Notes: generated by a model not told the origin, from the sequence alone. Shown: positions 55,299 through 64,000, numbered from the stretch's first letter. The stretch is 64,000 nt of DNA from Bacteroidales bacterium (GCA_029210585.1 JARGFP010000006.1:7949-71948); one strand, 5' to 3'. Program-made: numbers and translations.

Positions 55299-56549
55299 AT
55301 GAAAAAAATTGAAAAATATTCCTTCGGCATTGGCGACAGGTTCACGATGCAGGGAGAGGCACAATTGCGGGCAATCATGCAGGCGAATGACCTGGGGATT
55401 CCACTGGTGCCGGTATGGAACAAATCGAACAGGGAGCACCAGATCGTCAGGACCGTCCCGGCCGATACGTGGTCGGAAGCAGCCAGGGCTGTTGGCGCCT
55501 TGAACTATGCAGGCAACTGGTATGTGGATGCGGACCATATCAACTTATCGAACGTGGATGCCTACATCCCGCATTCCAATTTCTTTACCCTTGATGTTGC
55601 CGATTACATTGGCAGGCAGGGAGAGGCCGCCGGTCAGACTGACATGCTCAGAAAGCTGCAGCCGTTTACAGGCGAGCTGAACATTCCCGGGATCGATGAA
55701 ACATTCAGCATTACCGAACCGCAGCTGGAAGGGATCGTAAACAAATTCCACATGGCTGTGAAGGAGGCAGCGCTCATTTACAGGCGCATCAGCGCGGAAC
55801 GGGGGAATGAAGATTTCATCGCTGAAGTATCCATGGATGAGGTTGAAGAGGCGCAATCTCCCGTGGAACTGTTCTTTATCCTGCTGATGATTGACCATTA
55901 CGGCATTCCTGCACAGACCATTGCACCGAAGTTTACGGGACGATTCAACAAGGGGGTCGACTATGTGGGCGATGTGGACCAGTTCAGGAAAGAGTTTGAG
56001 CAGGACCTGCTGGTGATCGACCATGCTGTGAACATTTTTAACCTCCCGCGGAATTTGAAGTTAAGCGTCCATTCAGGAAGTGATAAATTCTCCATTTACC
56101 CGGTAATCGGCGAGCTGATCAGGAAATATGACAAGGGAATCCATGTAAAAACTGCGGGAACCACCTGGCTGGAAGAGGTCATCGGACTCGCCATGGCAGG
56201 AGGTGAGGCACTTGCGCTCGCCAAATCCATTTATAGCAGCGCCTTCCAGCGGATGGACGAACTGTGCGGTCCCTATGCCACGGTGATTGATATTGACAAG
56301 CAGAAACTGCCGGATCCTTCGGAAGTGGATGCATGGGACAGCGCCAGGTTTGCAGGTACCCTCAGGCACATTCCAGGTCATACCGATTATGACCCGATGT
56401 TCCGGCAGCTGATCCATGTAGGATACAAGGTGGCGGCGGAAATGGGAACGGCGTACCTGGAAATGCTGGAGAAACACAAGGAGATCGTCGGGTCGCAGGT
56501 AACTGAGAACATTTTTGACAGACACATTAAACGATTGTTTGACCTTTAG
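55299..56549 (+). CDS. uxaE: Tagaturonate/fructuronate epimerase
   Basis: 416 aa. FGIGDRF, WYVDADH, LSVHSGSDKFSIYP, IHVKTAGTTWLEE, FRQLIHVGYKV and DRHIKRLF match my recollection of Thermotoga UxaE blocks (SLHSGSDKFSVYP, HVKTAGTSYLEA, RQLIHVTYG, HIKRH). Confidence 0.8.
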   Translation: MKKIEKYSFGIGDRFTMQGEAQLRAIMQANDLGIPLVPVWNKSNREHQIVRTVPADTWSEAARAVGALNYAGNWYVDADHINLSNVDAYIPHSNFFTLDVADYIGRQGEAAGQTDMLRKLQPFTGELNIPGIDETFSITEPQLEGIVNKFHMAVKEAALIYRRISAERGNEDFIAEVSMDEVEEAQSPVELFFILLMIDHYGIPAQTIAPKFTGRFNKGVDYVGDVDQFRKEFEQDLLVIDHAVNIFNLPRNLKLSVHSGSDKFSIYPVIGELIRKYDKGIHVKTAGTTWLEEVIGLAMAGGEALALAKSIYSSAFQRMDELCGPYATVIDIDKQKLPDPSEVDAWDSARFAGTLRHIPGHTDYDPMFRQLIHVGYKVAAEMGTAYLEMLEKHKEIVGSQVTENIFDRHIKRLFDL

Positions 56550-56783
56550 GATAATCTGTCTATATTCACTAACACTTTATCATCAGATATTTACCAGCAT
56601 ATCAACCACACATGTATGAAACCCAATGTTCGACTGATCAAAAAAGGATATGAACCGAAATCGCACTGGTGATGAGCTGAGTGAAACTAATGCAATATGA
56701 GGGGTACGTGGTAACAGAAATATGCCCCCGATCTTTGAGGAATATTATATTGAATATTTACAGACTAAAATAATGATATATCT

Positions 56784-58184
56784 ATGAAACCATTCATGGA
56801 CGAAGACTTTTTACTGGAGACAAAGTCGGCCCGGGAGCTCTACCATTCTTTTGCCAGCGAAGTGCCGATCATCGACTACCATTGTCACCTCAACCCGGAA
56901 GATATTGCCAACGACCGGAAATTCAACAATATTTCTGAAATATGGCTGGCCGGGGACCATTATAAATGGCGGGCCATGCGTGCCAACGGCATCAATGAAA
57001 AATACTGCACAGGCGATGCCCCGGACCGGGATAAATTCATGAAGTGGGCCGAGACGGTGCCTGCAACCCTCAGGAATCCGCTGTACCACTGGACGCACAT
57101 GGAGCTGCGCAGGTATTTCGGAATCCAGGAGCTGCTGGGACTGGATACTGCCGAAATGATCTACGACAAAACGGCAAAGATGCTTCAGGAAGATGAGTTC
57201 AGCGTAAGGAACCTGCTTCGCAAAATGAACGTGGAAGTGGTCTGTACAACCGATGATCCGGTGGACAGCCTGGAGCACCACAGGAAGATCAGCGAGGATG
57301 GATTTGAGATCAAAGTACTGCCAACGTGGCGACCCGACAAAGCCATGGCGGTGGATGACATTGCAACCTACATCAGCTATCTTGATCAACTTGCGGAGGC
57401 AGCATCACATCCCGTCAACCATTTCATGGATTTGCTGGAGGCGCTGATGAAACGCCACGATTATTTCGGTTCAATGGGATGCCGGTTGTCTGATCACGGG
57501 CTGGAGCATTTCATTTACGAAGAGTATACGCATGAGGAGATTGAGGAAATCTTCGCAAAAATCAGGACTAAAAAAGAAATTACGCAAACAGAGAAAACGA
57601 AGTTCCGGACCGCGATGCTGGTGGAACTTGCGGTGATGGACCATGACAAGGGATGGACGCAGCAGTTTCACGTGGGAGCCATCCGGAACAACAATTCACG
57701 GATGTTTCACCAGGTGGGACCCGACAGCGGATTTGATTCGATAGGTGATTTCCCGATGGCAAGGGCCATGTCGCGGTTTTTTGCCCGGCTGGATCACCTG
57801 GGACAGCTGGCAAAAACCATTGTATACAACCTGAATCCTTCCGACAACGAGGTGATGGTGACCATGGCCTGCAATTTCAACGATGGTACGGTCCCGGGAA
57901 AGATGCAATTCGGCTCAGGCTGGTGGTTCCTCGATCAGAAAAAGGGAATGGAGGCGCAACTGGACAGCCTTTCGCAACTGGGTCTGCTCAGCAGGTTCAT
58001 AGGAATGCTCACCGATTCGAGAAGCTTTCTTTCCTTCCCGCGTCACGAATACTTCAGGCGTATCCTTTGTAACCTGCTTGGCAGGGACATGGAGAACGGG
58101 GAATTGCCCAACGACATGGAGATGGTGGGAACCATGGTGCACGATATCTGCTACCGGAACGCAAAACAATATTTTGGATTCTGA
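56784..58184 (+). CDS. uxaC: Glucuronate isomerase
   Basis: 466 aa. MKPFMDEDFLLETKSARELYH ... IIDYHCHL ... GDHYKWRAMRANG ... NPLYHWTHMELRR ... KMQFGSGWWF ... LTDSRSFLSFPRHEYFRRILC. It appears collinear with E. coli UxaC throughout. Confidence 0.97.
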   Translation: MKPFMDEDFLLETKSARELYHSFASEVPIIDYHCHLNPEDIANDRKFNNISEIWLAGDHYKWRAMRANGINEKYCTGDAPDRDKFMKWAETVPATLRNPLYHWTHMELRRYFGIQELLGLDTAEMIYDKTAKMLQEDEFSVRNLLRKMNVEVVCTTDDPVDSLEHHRKISEDGFEIKVLPTWRPDKAMAVDDIATYISYLDQLAEAASHPVNHFMDLLEALMKRHDYFGSMGCRLSDHGLEHFIYEEYTHEEIEEIFAKIRTKKEITQTEKTKFRTAMLVELAVMDHDKGWTQQFHVGAIRNNNSRMFHQVGPDSGFDSIGDFPMARAMSRFFARLDHLGQLAKTIVYNLNPSDNEVMVTMACNFNDGTVPGKMQFGSGWWFLDQKKGMEAQLDSLSQLGLLSRFIGMLTDSRSFLSFPRHEYFRRILCNLLGRDMENGELPNDMEMVGTMVHDICYRNAKQYFGF

Positions 58185-58451
58185 CGGGAGCAAGTCCCTG
58201 TATTTGCATCCCTGTGTCTGCAGCCCGAAGTTTCCCTGGCACCTGCCGCCGATGCAACATGTAACAACCATCTGTCCATATCCGACAAGTCCCTTTCCGT
58301 CATGGCCGGACCGTTTTGATCCGGCTGCCTGACGTTATGTACAGGAACTTTTCCAGGTTCCTCTCGCCGGGAAATCTTCCGAAGATAATTTCCTGAAAAG
58401 AAATCCGTTTATGTAGAAAATAGTAAATTAGGCACCTGTTAAATTCCCGGG

Positions 58452-61259
58452 ATGCAGAAAAAGATACGCTTAGCGCTTGCATATTTACTCCTATTGGCCA
58501 TTGCACCGGCTTACAGTCAGGGCATTAAAGGAAAGGTAGTCGACACGGAAGGGCAACCGGTGGCTTATGCATCCATCTTCATACGGGAGCTTTCCCTTGG
58601 CACCACCACCAATTCGCTTGGCATCTTCCGCCTCCCACTGCCCCAGGGGGAATACCATATTTTCTTCAGGAGCCTGGGGTACACCGAAGTATTCAAGACA
58701 GTAAAGGTGGCGGACGAAATGATCGATATGGAGGTAACCATGCCGCCTCAGACTTACATGATCCCCGAGGTGCGTGTATCAGCAACAGGCGAGGATCCTG
58801 CCTACCGGGTAATGCGAAAAGCCATCGGACTGGCCAACTACCATCTCAACCAGGTATCCACCTACACTGCGGAAATCTACATCAAGGGCACTGCCTATTT
58901 CCATAAACTTCCACGTGCCATTGCCAAACGCATTGAAGTGGGTGATGTAAAGGTGGAAGAGAACCGCGCCTACATGCTGGAATCTTTGAATGAAGTGACC
59001 TACAGGGCACCTGACAAGTATGAAATGCGGATCATTGCCACCCAGAATACCATCCCGGGATACTTGGAGAATGTAAATCCCATGGATTATATCAATGCGA
59101 GTCTTTACCAGCCGCAAATTGAATCCTTTGTATCCCCGCTTGCCAGGAATGCATTTTTCTATTACGAATTCAGTTTTGAAGGCTCATTTATACAGGGTAG
59201 CCATATGATCGACAAGATCAGGGTCACACCCAAGCGCAAGAGCCAGCAACTCTGTTCAGGATTCCTCTACATTGTTGAGGACCTCTGGTGCCTTCATTCC
59301 AGCGACCTGGAGGTAAATACCATTGCAGGAACATTGTACCTCGAACAGCAATATGCCAATGTGATCATGGATACCTGGCTCCCGGTAAGTCACAAACTGG
59401 ACATGGAGGTTCAGATCGCAGGGGTGCAGGCCGATGTCACCTATGTCTCTTCGCTGGAATACACGAAAACAGTACTTAATCCCAACCTGCCCCGCTCCTA
59501 TTTTGAACCCATAAATGCACCAGTGGCACAGCAGGAAAAGGTTCCGGATGAAGCGGATGAAGCAGATGAGGTGGAAGGTGCCGGTGAAGCGGGTGGTCAG
59601 AAGGAAGGAGATGATGCAGGTGAGGCGGATGGACAGGAGAAAGCAGATGGTACCGGTGAAGCGGGTGCACAGGAGGAAGGAGATGATGCAGGTGAGGCGG
59701 ATGGAGCAGATGAGGTGGAAGGTGCCGGTGAAGCCCCGCAGCCTTCCCCGGAACAGAAAAAAATACAGGAAATCCTGGCCAAGGAGGAACTCAGCGACAG
59801 GGACATGACCAGGCTGACAAGGTTGATGGAGAAGGAAACCGGGGAAGCAAACCCCTCTGCCAACAACCTCGAGATCAAGGGTACAGAATTTTCCATAGCT
59901 CCCAACGCGGTGATGAACGATTCCACCTTCTGGAACAAGGTCAGACCCGTTCCCCTCACCATTGAAGAGAAAGAGACCATTGTCAGACGTGACTCGATCT
60001 ATGGCTTCGGGAATGCCTCCGTGTCGGAAAGGCGGGATTCGCTTTTCAGAGCCAGGAGGCCCGGATTCAGAACCAGGGACCTGATTACCGGTAAAACCTT
60101 CCAGTCGAAAGACCGCAAGACCAGGGTCAGCTATGGCGGGCTCATCGATCCTTCGATGCTCTCCTTCAATACGGTGGACGGATGGATTTATGGCCAGGAA
60201 ATCGGTTATGATTACCGTCCCACCAACCGGGTGGTGTATCGCTGGAACCTGCGTGCCGGCTACGCTTTTGCACGGAAGGCGCCCGATATCGACTGGAACT
60301 CAAGCATCCTGTATGCACCGAAAATCCGCGGTAAGATCGCACTGCGCGTGGATTACAGGTCGATGGATTTCAACCGGGAAACAGGGATTCCATCACTTAC
60401 CAACAGTGCCTATTCGTTGTTTTACAGGGAGAATTATTCCAGGCGCTATGAAAACCTCGATGTGCTGCTGGAGCACCGCATGGACCTTGCCACCGGGCTG
60501 GTCTTTTATGCTTCAGCGGACCTGCAGCGGCGCCGGGAGCTGACCAACAACTCTGATTTCTCGTTTTTCTACCGGGATTCGAAAAGCTACGCAGATAATT
60601 ACCCTGACCACATCGAACCGTCGGACCCTGCATTAGACCACTCCAGTTTGTTCGCAGCACAGGCCCGGCTCGAATACACCTACGAATATTATTACCGCCT
60701 GAGAAACGGACGTAAACAGTATCTCAAATCCGATTACCCTACCTTCTACCTGGTGTACCGGCATGCATTTCCAATGGAGGCATCGGGCTGGGCTGATTAC
60801 AGCAGGATTTACGGCGGACTGCAACATGAGCTGGAGCTAGGCTTGTTGTCTACACTCAATTACAAGGTTGAATACGGAAGATTCCTCCACGCAGATGCCT
60901 TGCATTTTTCAGACCTGAAGCATTTCAAGGCGTCACCACTTCTATTTGACATGCAGGGCTTCCAGGAAACTTTCCTGCTGATGGATTACTACCGTTCCAG
61001 CACCAGCACTGCCTACCTTGAAGGGCATGCCAGGCTGACTTCCCCCTTCCTTGTGCTGAAGTTGCTGCCATGGTTCAGTGAGCGTTTGTGGAACGAATCT
61101 GTATCTGTGGGCTATCTCACCAGCGTTGACATCCGGGACCATATCCAGGTGGGCTACAGCCTGAATGAGATTGGCTTTTTATTTGATATCGGCATCTACA
61201 CTGCATTTGAAAACTGGCAGTACCATGGTACCGCGCTGCGCATTTACCTAAGGTTCTGA
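58452..61259 (+). CDS. DUF5686-like protein with N-terminal carboxypeptidase-regulatory-like domain (predicted outer-membrane beta-barrel), carrying an acidic repeat insertion
   Basis: 935 aa. Signal peptide (LLLLAIAPAYSQG). The CarboxypepD_reg-like domain reads IKGKVVDTEGQPVAYASIFIRELSLGTTTNSLGIFRLPLPQGEYHIFFRSLGY. The C-terminus ...TALRIYLRF ends in an aromatic residue, as OMP barrels do. Confidence 0.7.
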   Translation: MQKKIRLALAYLLLLAIAPAYSQGIKGKVVDTEGQPVAYASIFIRELSLGTTTNSLGIFRLPLPQGEYHIFFRSLGYTEVFKTVKVADEMIDMEVTMPPQTYMIPEVRVSATGEDPAYRVMRKAIGLANYHLNQVSTYTAEIYIKGTAYFHKLPRAIAKRIEVGDVKVEENRAYMLESLNEVTYRAPDKYEMRIIATQNTIPGYLENVNPMDYINASLYQPQIESFVSPLARNAFFYYEFSFEGSFIQGSHMIDKIRVTPKRKSQQLCSGFLYIVEDLWCLHSSDLEVNTIAGTLYLEQQYANVIMDTWLPVSHKLDMEVQIAGVQADVTYVSSLEYTKTVLNPNLPRSYFEPINAPVAQQEKVPDEADEADEVEGAGEAGGQKEGDDAGEADGQEKADGTGEAGAQEEGDDAGEADGADEVEGAGEAPQPSPEQKKIQEILAKEELSDRDMTRLTRLMEKETGEANPSANNLEIKGTEFSIAPNAVMNDSTFWNKVRPVPLTIEEKETIVRRDSIYGFGNASVSERRDSLFRARRPGFRTRDLITGKTFQSKDRKTRVSYGGLIDPSMLSFNTVDGWIYGQEIGYDYRPTNRVVYRWNLRAGYAFARKAPDIDWNSSILYAPKIRGKIALRVDYRSMDFNRETGIPSLTNSAYSLFYRENYSRRYENLDVLLEHRMDLATGLVFYASADLQRRRELTNNSDFSFFYRDSKSYADNYPDHIEPSDPALDHSSLFAAQARLEYTYEYYYRLRNGRKQYLKSDYPTFYLVYRHAFPMEASGWADYSRIYGGLQHELELGLLSTLNYKVEYGRFLHADALHFSDLKHFKASPLLFDMQGFQETFLLMDYYRSSTSTAYLEGHARLTSPFLVLKLLPWFSERLWNESVSVGYLTSVDIRDHIQVGYSLNEIGFLFDIGIYTAFENWQYHGTALRIYLRF
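59545..59740 (+). repeat. In-frame D/E/G/A-rich repeat block inside the DUF5686-like CDS
   Basis: GCAGATGAGGTGGAAGGTGCCGGTGAAGC occurs at 59562-59590 and 59706-59734. GAAGGAGATGATGCAGGTGAGGCGGATGGA occurs at ~59604-59633 and ~59666-59695. The block encodes DEADEADEVEGAGEAGGQKEGDDAGEADGQEKADGTGEAGAQEEGDDAGEADGADEVEGAGEA. Confidence 0.9.
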
Positions 61260-61260
61260 T

Positions 61261-62664
61261 TTGGGCAAGAAGCATCATACTTCCCTCCGGAAAGCACCTG
61301 CCGGATTTGCTGCCCTGGCAATGATCGGTCCTTCGCTGGTCTGGGTCTCTGAATATATCGGGTCCGGCGAGGTGATCATCGCCACCCGTGCAGGAGCATT
61401 GCTGGGCACAGGCATCCTCTGGGCGGTGGTGGCCGGAATTTTCCTCAAATTCTGGATCGGGATGTCGGGAGCCCGCTACACGGTGACCACGGGAGAAGGG
61501 ATGATCGATCTCTTCGACCGGATGCCCGGACCTGCCCACTGGGCAGTATGGATGATCATGATCATCCAGCTTGCAGCAGCAGCAGTCTCCATTGGCTCCG
61601 TGGCATCTGCGGGAGGTATCTTTCTTGCGCACATCACCCATATGCCCCGGTTCATGGGCGGATGGCTTATAACGCTGGCAGCTTTTGGCATCGCCTGGAA
61701 AGGAACCTTCAAATGGTTGAAAATCACCATGAGCATCCTGGTGCTCACGGTAATCGTTGGTGTTATCTATGTTGCCGTAAATGTTTTTCCTTCAGCAGCA
61801 GAATTCTTTTCCGGGCTGGTGCCCTCGAAACCTGAAATGCCCGAATGGGCCATAGACAAAGGTCTGGATATCAACCCCTGGCGTGAAATTCTTCCGCTGC
61901 TCGGCTGGGGTGCAGGTGGATTTGCCAGCCAGGTATGGTACAGTTACTGGGTGATCGGTGCCGGTTACGGCATGACCAGCAAGGATGGATACGGGATACC
62001 GGCAGACCGGGAAAAATTGCAAAGCATAGATGCAGGATCGGCGAAGGAGCTCAGAAAATGGCAGCGGTTTGTCTCCAAGGATGCCTCCCTGGCCATGATC
62101 ATCGGAATTGTTGCGACCGGTGGCTTCCTGATCGCAGGCGCCGGGATCCTGGGAAGCAGGCAGGTCGTCCCGGAAGGTGAACATGTGGCGCTTCAGCTAT
62201 CGGAATTGTTCTCCGCCAATTGGGGCACAACAGGTGCATTTCTATTCGTTTTAGGCGGAGCCGCGGCACTGTTCTCTACGCAGATCGGGCAATTGGCCGG
62301 CTGGCCACGGCTGCTGTCTGACGCATTCAGGCTTTGCATGCCAAAAACTGCCGGTCGCATTCCCTGGAAGCAGCAATTCAGGGTCATCCTGGTATTTCTG
62401 ACACTTGCCAGCATGACCATCATTTTCACCCTGGGATACAAGCCCGTGGTCCTTGTAAAGTTTGCTGCCATATTCGAGGGATTGCTGCTAACGCCCATCC
62501 AGGCACTGGGACTGTTCTTCGGCCTCTATTTTGTGATGCCGGAATTTTTCCGCCCGGAGGTCAGGAAGACCATCACTCCGCACTGGTCCGTCGGAGCAGG
62601 ACTCCTGGTTGCATTTCTTTTCTTCCTCTATTTCTGCGTGGTTCAGCTGCCGGCAATATTGTAA
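61261..62664 (+). CDS. Nramp-superfamily-like polytopic membrane transporter
   Basis: 467 aa with about 11-12 hydrophobic segments. The N-terminal LAMIGPSLVWVSEYIGSGEVIIATRAGA resembles Nramp TM1, but YIGSGE replaces the DPGN motif. The start is a TTG at 61261, 1 nt after the upstream stop; the first in-frame ATG is at aa 21, so the start is uncertain. Confidence 0.6.
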   Translation: MGKKHHTSLRKAPAGFAALAMIGPSLVWVSEYIGSGEVIIATRAGALLGTGILWAVVAGIFLKFWIGMSGARYTVTTGEGMIDLFDRMPGPAHWAVWMIMIIQLAAAAVSIGSVASAGGIFLAHITHMPRFMGGWLITLAAFGIAWKGTFKWLKITMSILVLTVIVGVIYVAVNVFPSAAEFFSGLVPSKPEMPEWAIDKGLDINPWREILPLLGWGAGGFASQVWYSYWVIGAGYGMTSKDGYGIPADREKLQSIDAGSAKELRKWQRFVSKDASLAMIIGIVATGGFLIAGAGILGSRQVVPEGEHVALQLSELFSANWGTTGAFLFVLGGAAALFSTQIGQLAGWPRLLSDAFRLCMPKTAGRIPWKQQFRVILVFLTLASMTIIFTLGYKPVVLVKFAAIFEGLLLTPIQALGLFFGLYFVMPEFFRPEVRKTITPHWSVGAGLLVAFLFFLYFCVVQLPAIL

Positions 62665-62666
62665 CG

Positions 62667-62753
62667 GGAGCAGGGAGACCGGGGGAGCGGAGGACCGGGA
62701 GACCAGGAGACCGGGGGAGCGGAGGACCGGGAGACCGGGAGACCGGGGTAACG
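62667..62753. repeat. G-rich 32-bp minisatellite (2.3 units) between convergent genes
   Basis: GAGACCGGGGGAGCGGAGGACCGGGAGACCAG (62675-62706), GAGACCGGGGGAGCGGAGGACCGGGAGACCGG (62707-62738), GAGACCGGGG (62739-62748). GTAACG flanks it at 62661-62666 and 62748-62753. The plus strand carries eight G-tracts of 3 or more. Confidence 0.9.
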
Positions 62754-62769
62754 AAAAAGTACGATAAAT

Positions 62770-63474
62770 TTATTGGTTGTTTGAAGCGGGACGCGGTTTT
62801 TCAAGGATCAGGCCACGCATGATCAGGTATTGGGCAATAATATAGGTCAGCATGATCAGGAATCCCGCATAGGGAATTTCGGTGTGGAACTTGTTGATCG
62901 CGATCATACTGTCGGAGGCGACGAAAAAGAGCGAACCTGCAAATACAAGTCGGAAACTACTGTAATTCACCCTGTCGCGCCGGTTCAGTGCAGCAAGTGA
63001 CATCCCGATCAGGGAGAGGGCATATACGAGAATCACAGGTACCATTACCCCTTCAAGCCCGGGATACAGCAACCAATAGATCAGCACACCATATCCGAGC
63101 AGTGGAATGAACCACAGCGGATTCCTCAACAACAGCCCCTTGATGTCATTTTCAGCATTCAGAAGAAATATAAAAATATAGGTGACCTGGGCAAGAAAGA
63201 ACCCTCCCACCCCGGTATAAAAAAGCATTTCATTATCGTATCCACCGGAAAACATCAGGAAAATATCTCCTGTCCAGCTGAAAAAAAATGCCAGCAACAC
63301 CCCGTTTCGGAAAGTACGTTTCCGGGCATTCAACAGGAAATAGAGGGTGATCCAGATCATTATGAGCGGTTTCACAGGATATTCCAACAAAACATTGTCG
63401 ATTAGCCGCCCTGTCAGTTCCACGATAACGATCACGGCAAAGATCAGGTGAAGTAGCTTGTTGGTCCTGCTCAT
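62770..63474 (-). CDS. YhhN-family membrane protein (lysoplasmalogenase-like)
   Basis: 234 aa with about 8 TM segments. FFFSWTGDIFLMF and FVASDSMIAINKF are typical YhhN blocks. Confidence 0.75.
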   Translation of the reverse strand: MSRTNKLLHLIFAVIVIVELTGRLIDNVLLEYPVKPLIMIWITLYFLLNARKRTFRNGVLLAFFFSWTGDIFLMFSGGYDNEMLFYTGVGGFFLAQVTYIFIFLLNAENDIKGLLLRNPLWFIPLLGYGVLIYWLLYPGLEGVMVPVILVYALSLIGMSLAALNRRDRVNYSSFRLVFAGSLFFVASDSMIAINKFHTEIPYAGFLIMLTYIIAQYLIMRGLILEKPRPASNNQ

Positions 63475-63677
63475 AATTCTGTCTTTTTAAACCTGCCAAT
63501 AGTGTTTACACGAAAAATGTACCGGTTGAATGCCGTTCCGTTCCTGTTCCCTGGCATGGTGCTGATCTGTGCACCATGGACACAAGCACCAAAGATAAAT
63601 AAAACATTCACTTTTTTAAGGAAAGAAGTTGTCAGAATAATTTGTGCAATCGATTGTATTTTCATATATTTGTGGAA

Positions 63678-64000
63678 ATGAACTGGGAAAAAAAACATAT
63701 TACCATACACGACATTGCCCGTGAGCTGAAGATATCTGCGTCCACTGTTTCCCGTGCATTAAACAACAATCCCAGGATCAGTGCTGCAACGCGCGATATG
63801 GTGCAGAAGCTGGCTGCCGCGCATGGGTACCAGCCTAATGTGATGGCCTCATCCCTCAGGAAGGGACGGGGCAATACGGTGGGTGTGATCGTACCCAATA
63901 TTAACCGGAGCTTTTTCTCCAATATCATCGGGGGAATTGAGGAGAAGCTGAGCGGGGCTGGTTTTAACCTGATGATCTGCCAGTCGAATGAATCCCTGGA
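63678..64000 (+). CDS. LacI-family transcriptional regulator (N-terminal 107 aa; continues past the right edge)
   Basis: Absent from the ORF track because it is open at the edge. The ATG at 63678 gives MNWEKKHITIHDIARELKISASTVSRALNNNPRISAATRDMVQKLAAAHGYQPNVMASSLRKGRGNTVGVIVPNINRSFFSNIIGGIEEKLSGAGFNLMICQSNESL. Confidence 0.88.
   Translation, partial: MNWEKKHITIHDIARELKISASTVSRALNNNPRISAATRDMVQKLAAAHGYQPNVMASSLRKGRGNTVGVIVPNINRSFFSNIIGGIEEKLSGAGFNLMICQSNESL

Noticed and set aside
59476-59670. His/Pro/Leu-rich 64-aa minus-strand ORF (and the 127-aa ORF at 59597-59980)
   Set aside because: This is the antisense reading of the acidic repeat block inside the DUF5686-like gene. Its composition is a direct consequence of the GAx/GGx repeat.
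62334-62822. 162-aa plus-strand ORF running through the G-rich minisatellite (translates to RPGERRTGRPGDRGSGGPGDRETG)
   Set aside because: It overlaps the 3' part of the Nramp-like CDS in another frame and then the repeat. The repeat-driven Gly/Arg/Pro product looks like a translation artefact, not a gene.

Overview
This is a Bacteroidota-type chromosomal segment. The markers are SusC/SusD pairs, a hybrid two-component regulator, T9SS C-terminal sorting domains and a 286-aa RpoD. I saw no rRNA, tRNA, CRISPR array, transposase or integrase by eye. All homology calls below come from motif recognition in the translated ORFs, not from database searches.

(1) 1-31.1 kb is an accessory polysaccharide-utilisation-like locus of unusual composition. 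Nine consecutive minus-strand genes run CotH-like, clan GH-A hydrolase (PF11790-like), multi-FAS1 protein, SusC, SusD, FAS1, FAS1, SusC, SusD. A divergent 1219-aa LamG / cadherin-like / beta-trefoil protein, a GH43 and a 1407-aa hybrid two-component regulator follow. The three large non-SusCD proteins all end in T9SS sorting domains. This locus is my best candidate for an undescribed system: fasciclin-domain lipoproteins in the SusE/F position, plus a secreted CotH kinase-fold protein.

(2) 31-35 kb holds a TonB_C-like periplasmic protein, a sulfatase, and a coiled-coil / class III cyclase / HD-domain fusion.

(3) 35-49 kb is mostly housekeeping: an EEP nuclease/phosphatase, uvrB, rpoD, htrA, dapF, a flavodoxin-like protein, a SASA acetylesterase, an SDR, gnd and pdxB. 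It also contains a low-GC orphan gene and two odd intergenic tandem-repeat arrays.

(4) 49-58 kb is a sugar-acid region: a LarA-family protein that keeps the His/His/Lys/His spacing of lactate racemase, HAD, PFK-family, UxuB-like SDR, LacI, uxaE and uxaC. No uxuA, kdgK or eda lies in the window.

(5) 58-64 kb holds a DUF5686-like outer-membrane protein with an acidic repeat insertion, an Nramp-like transporter, a G-rich 32-bp minisatellite, a YhhN protein and a partial LacI regulator.
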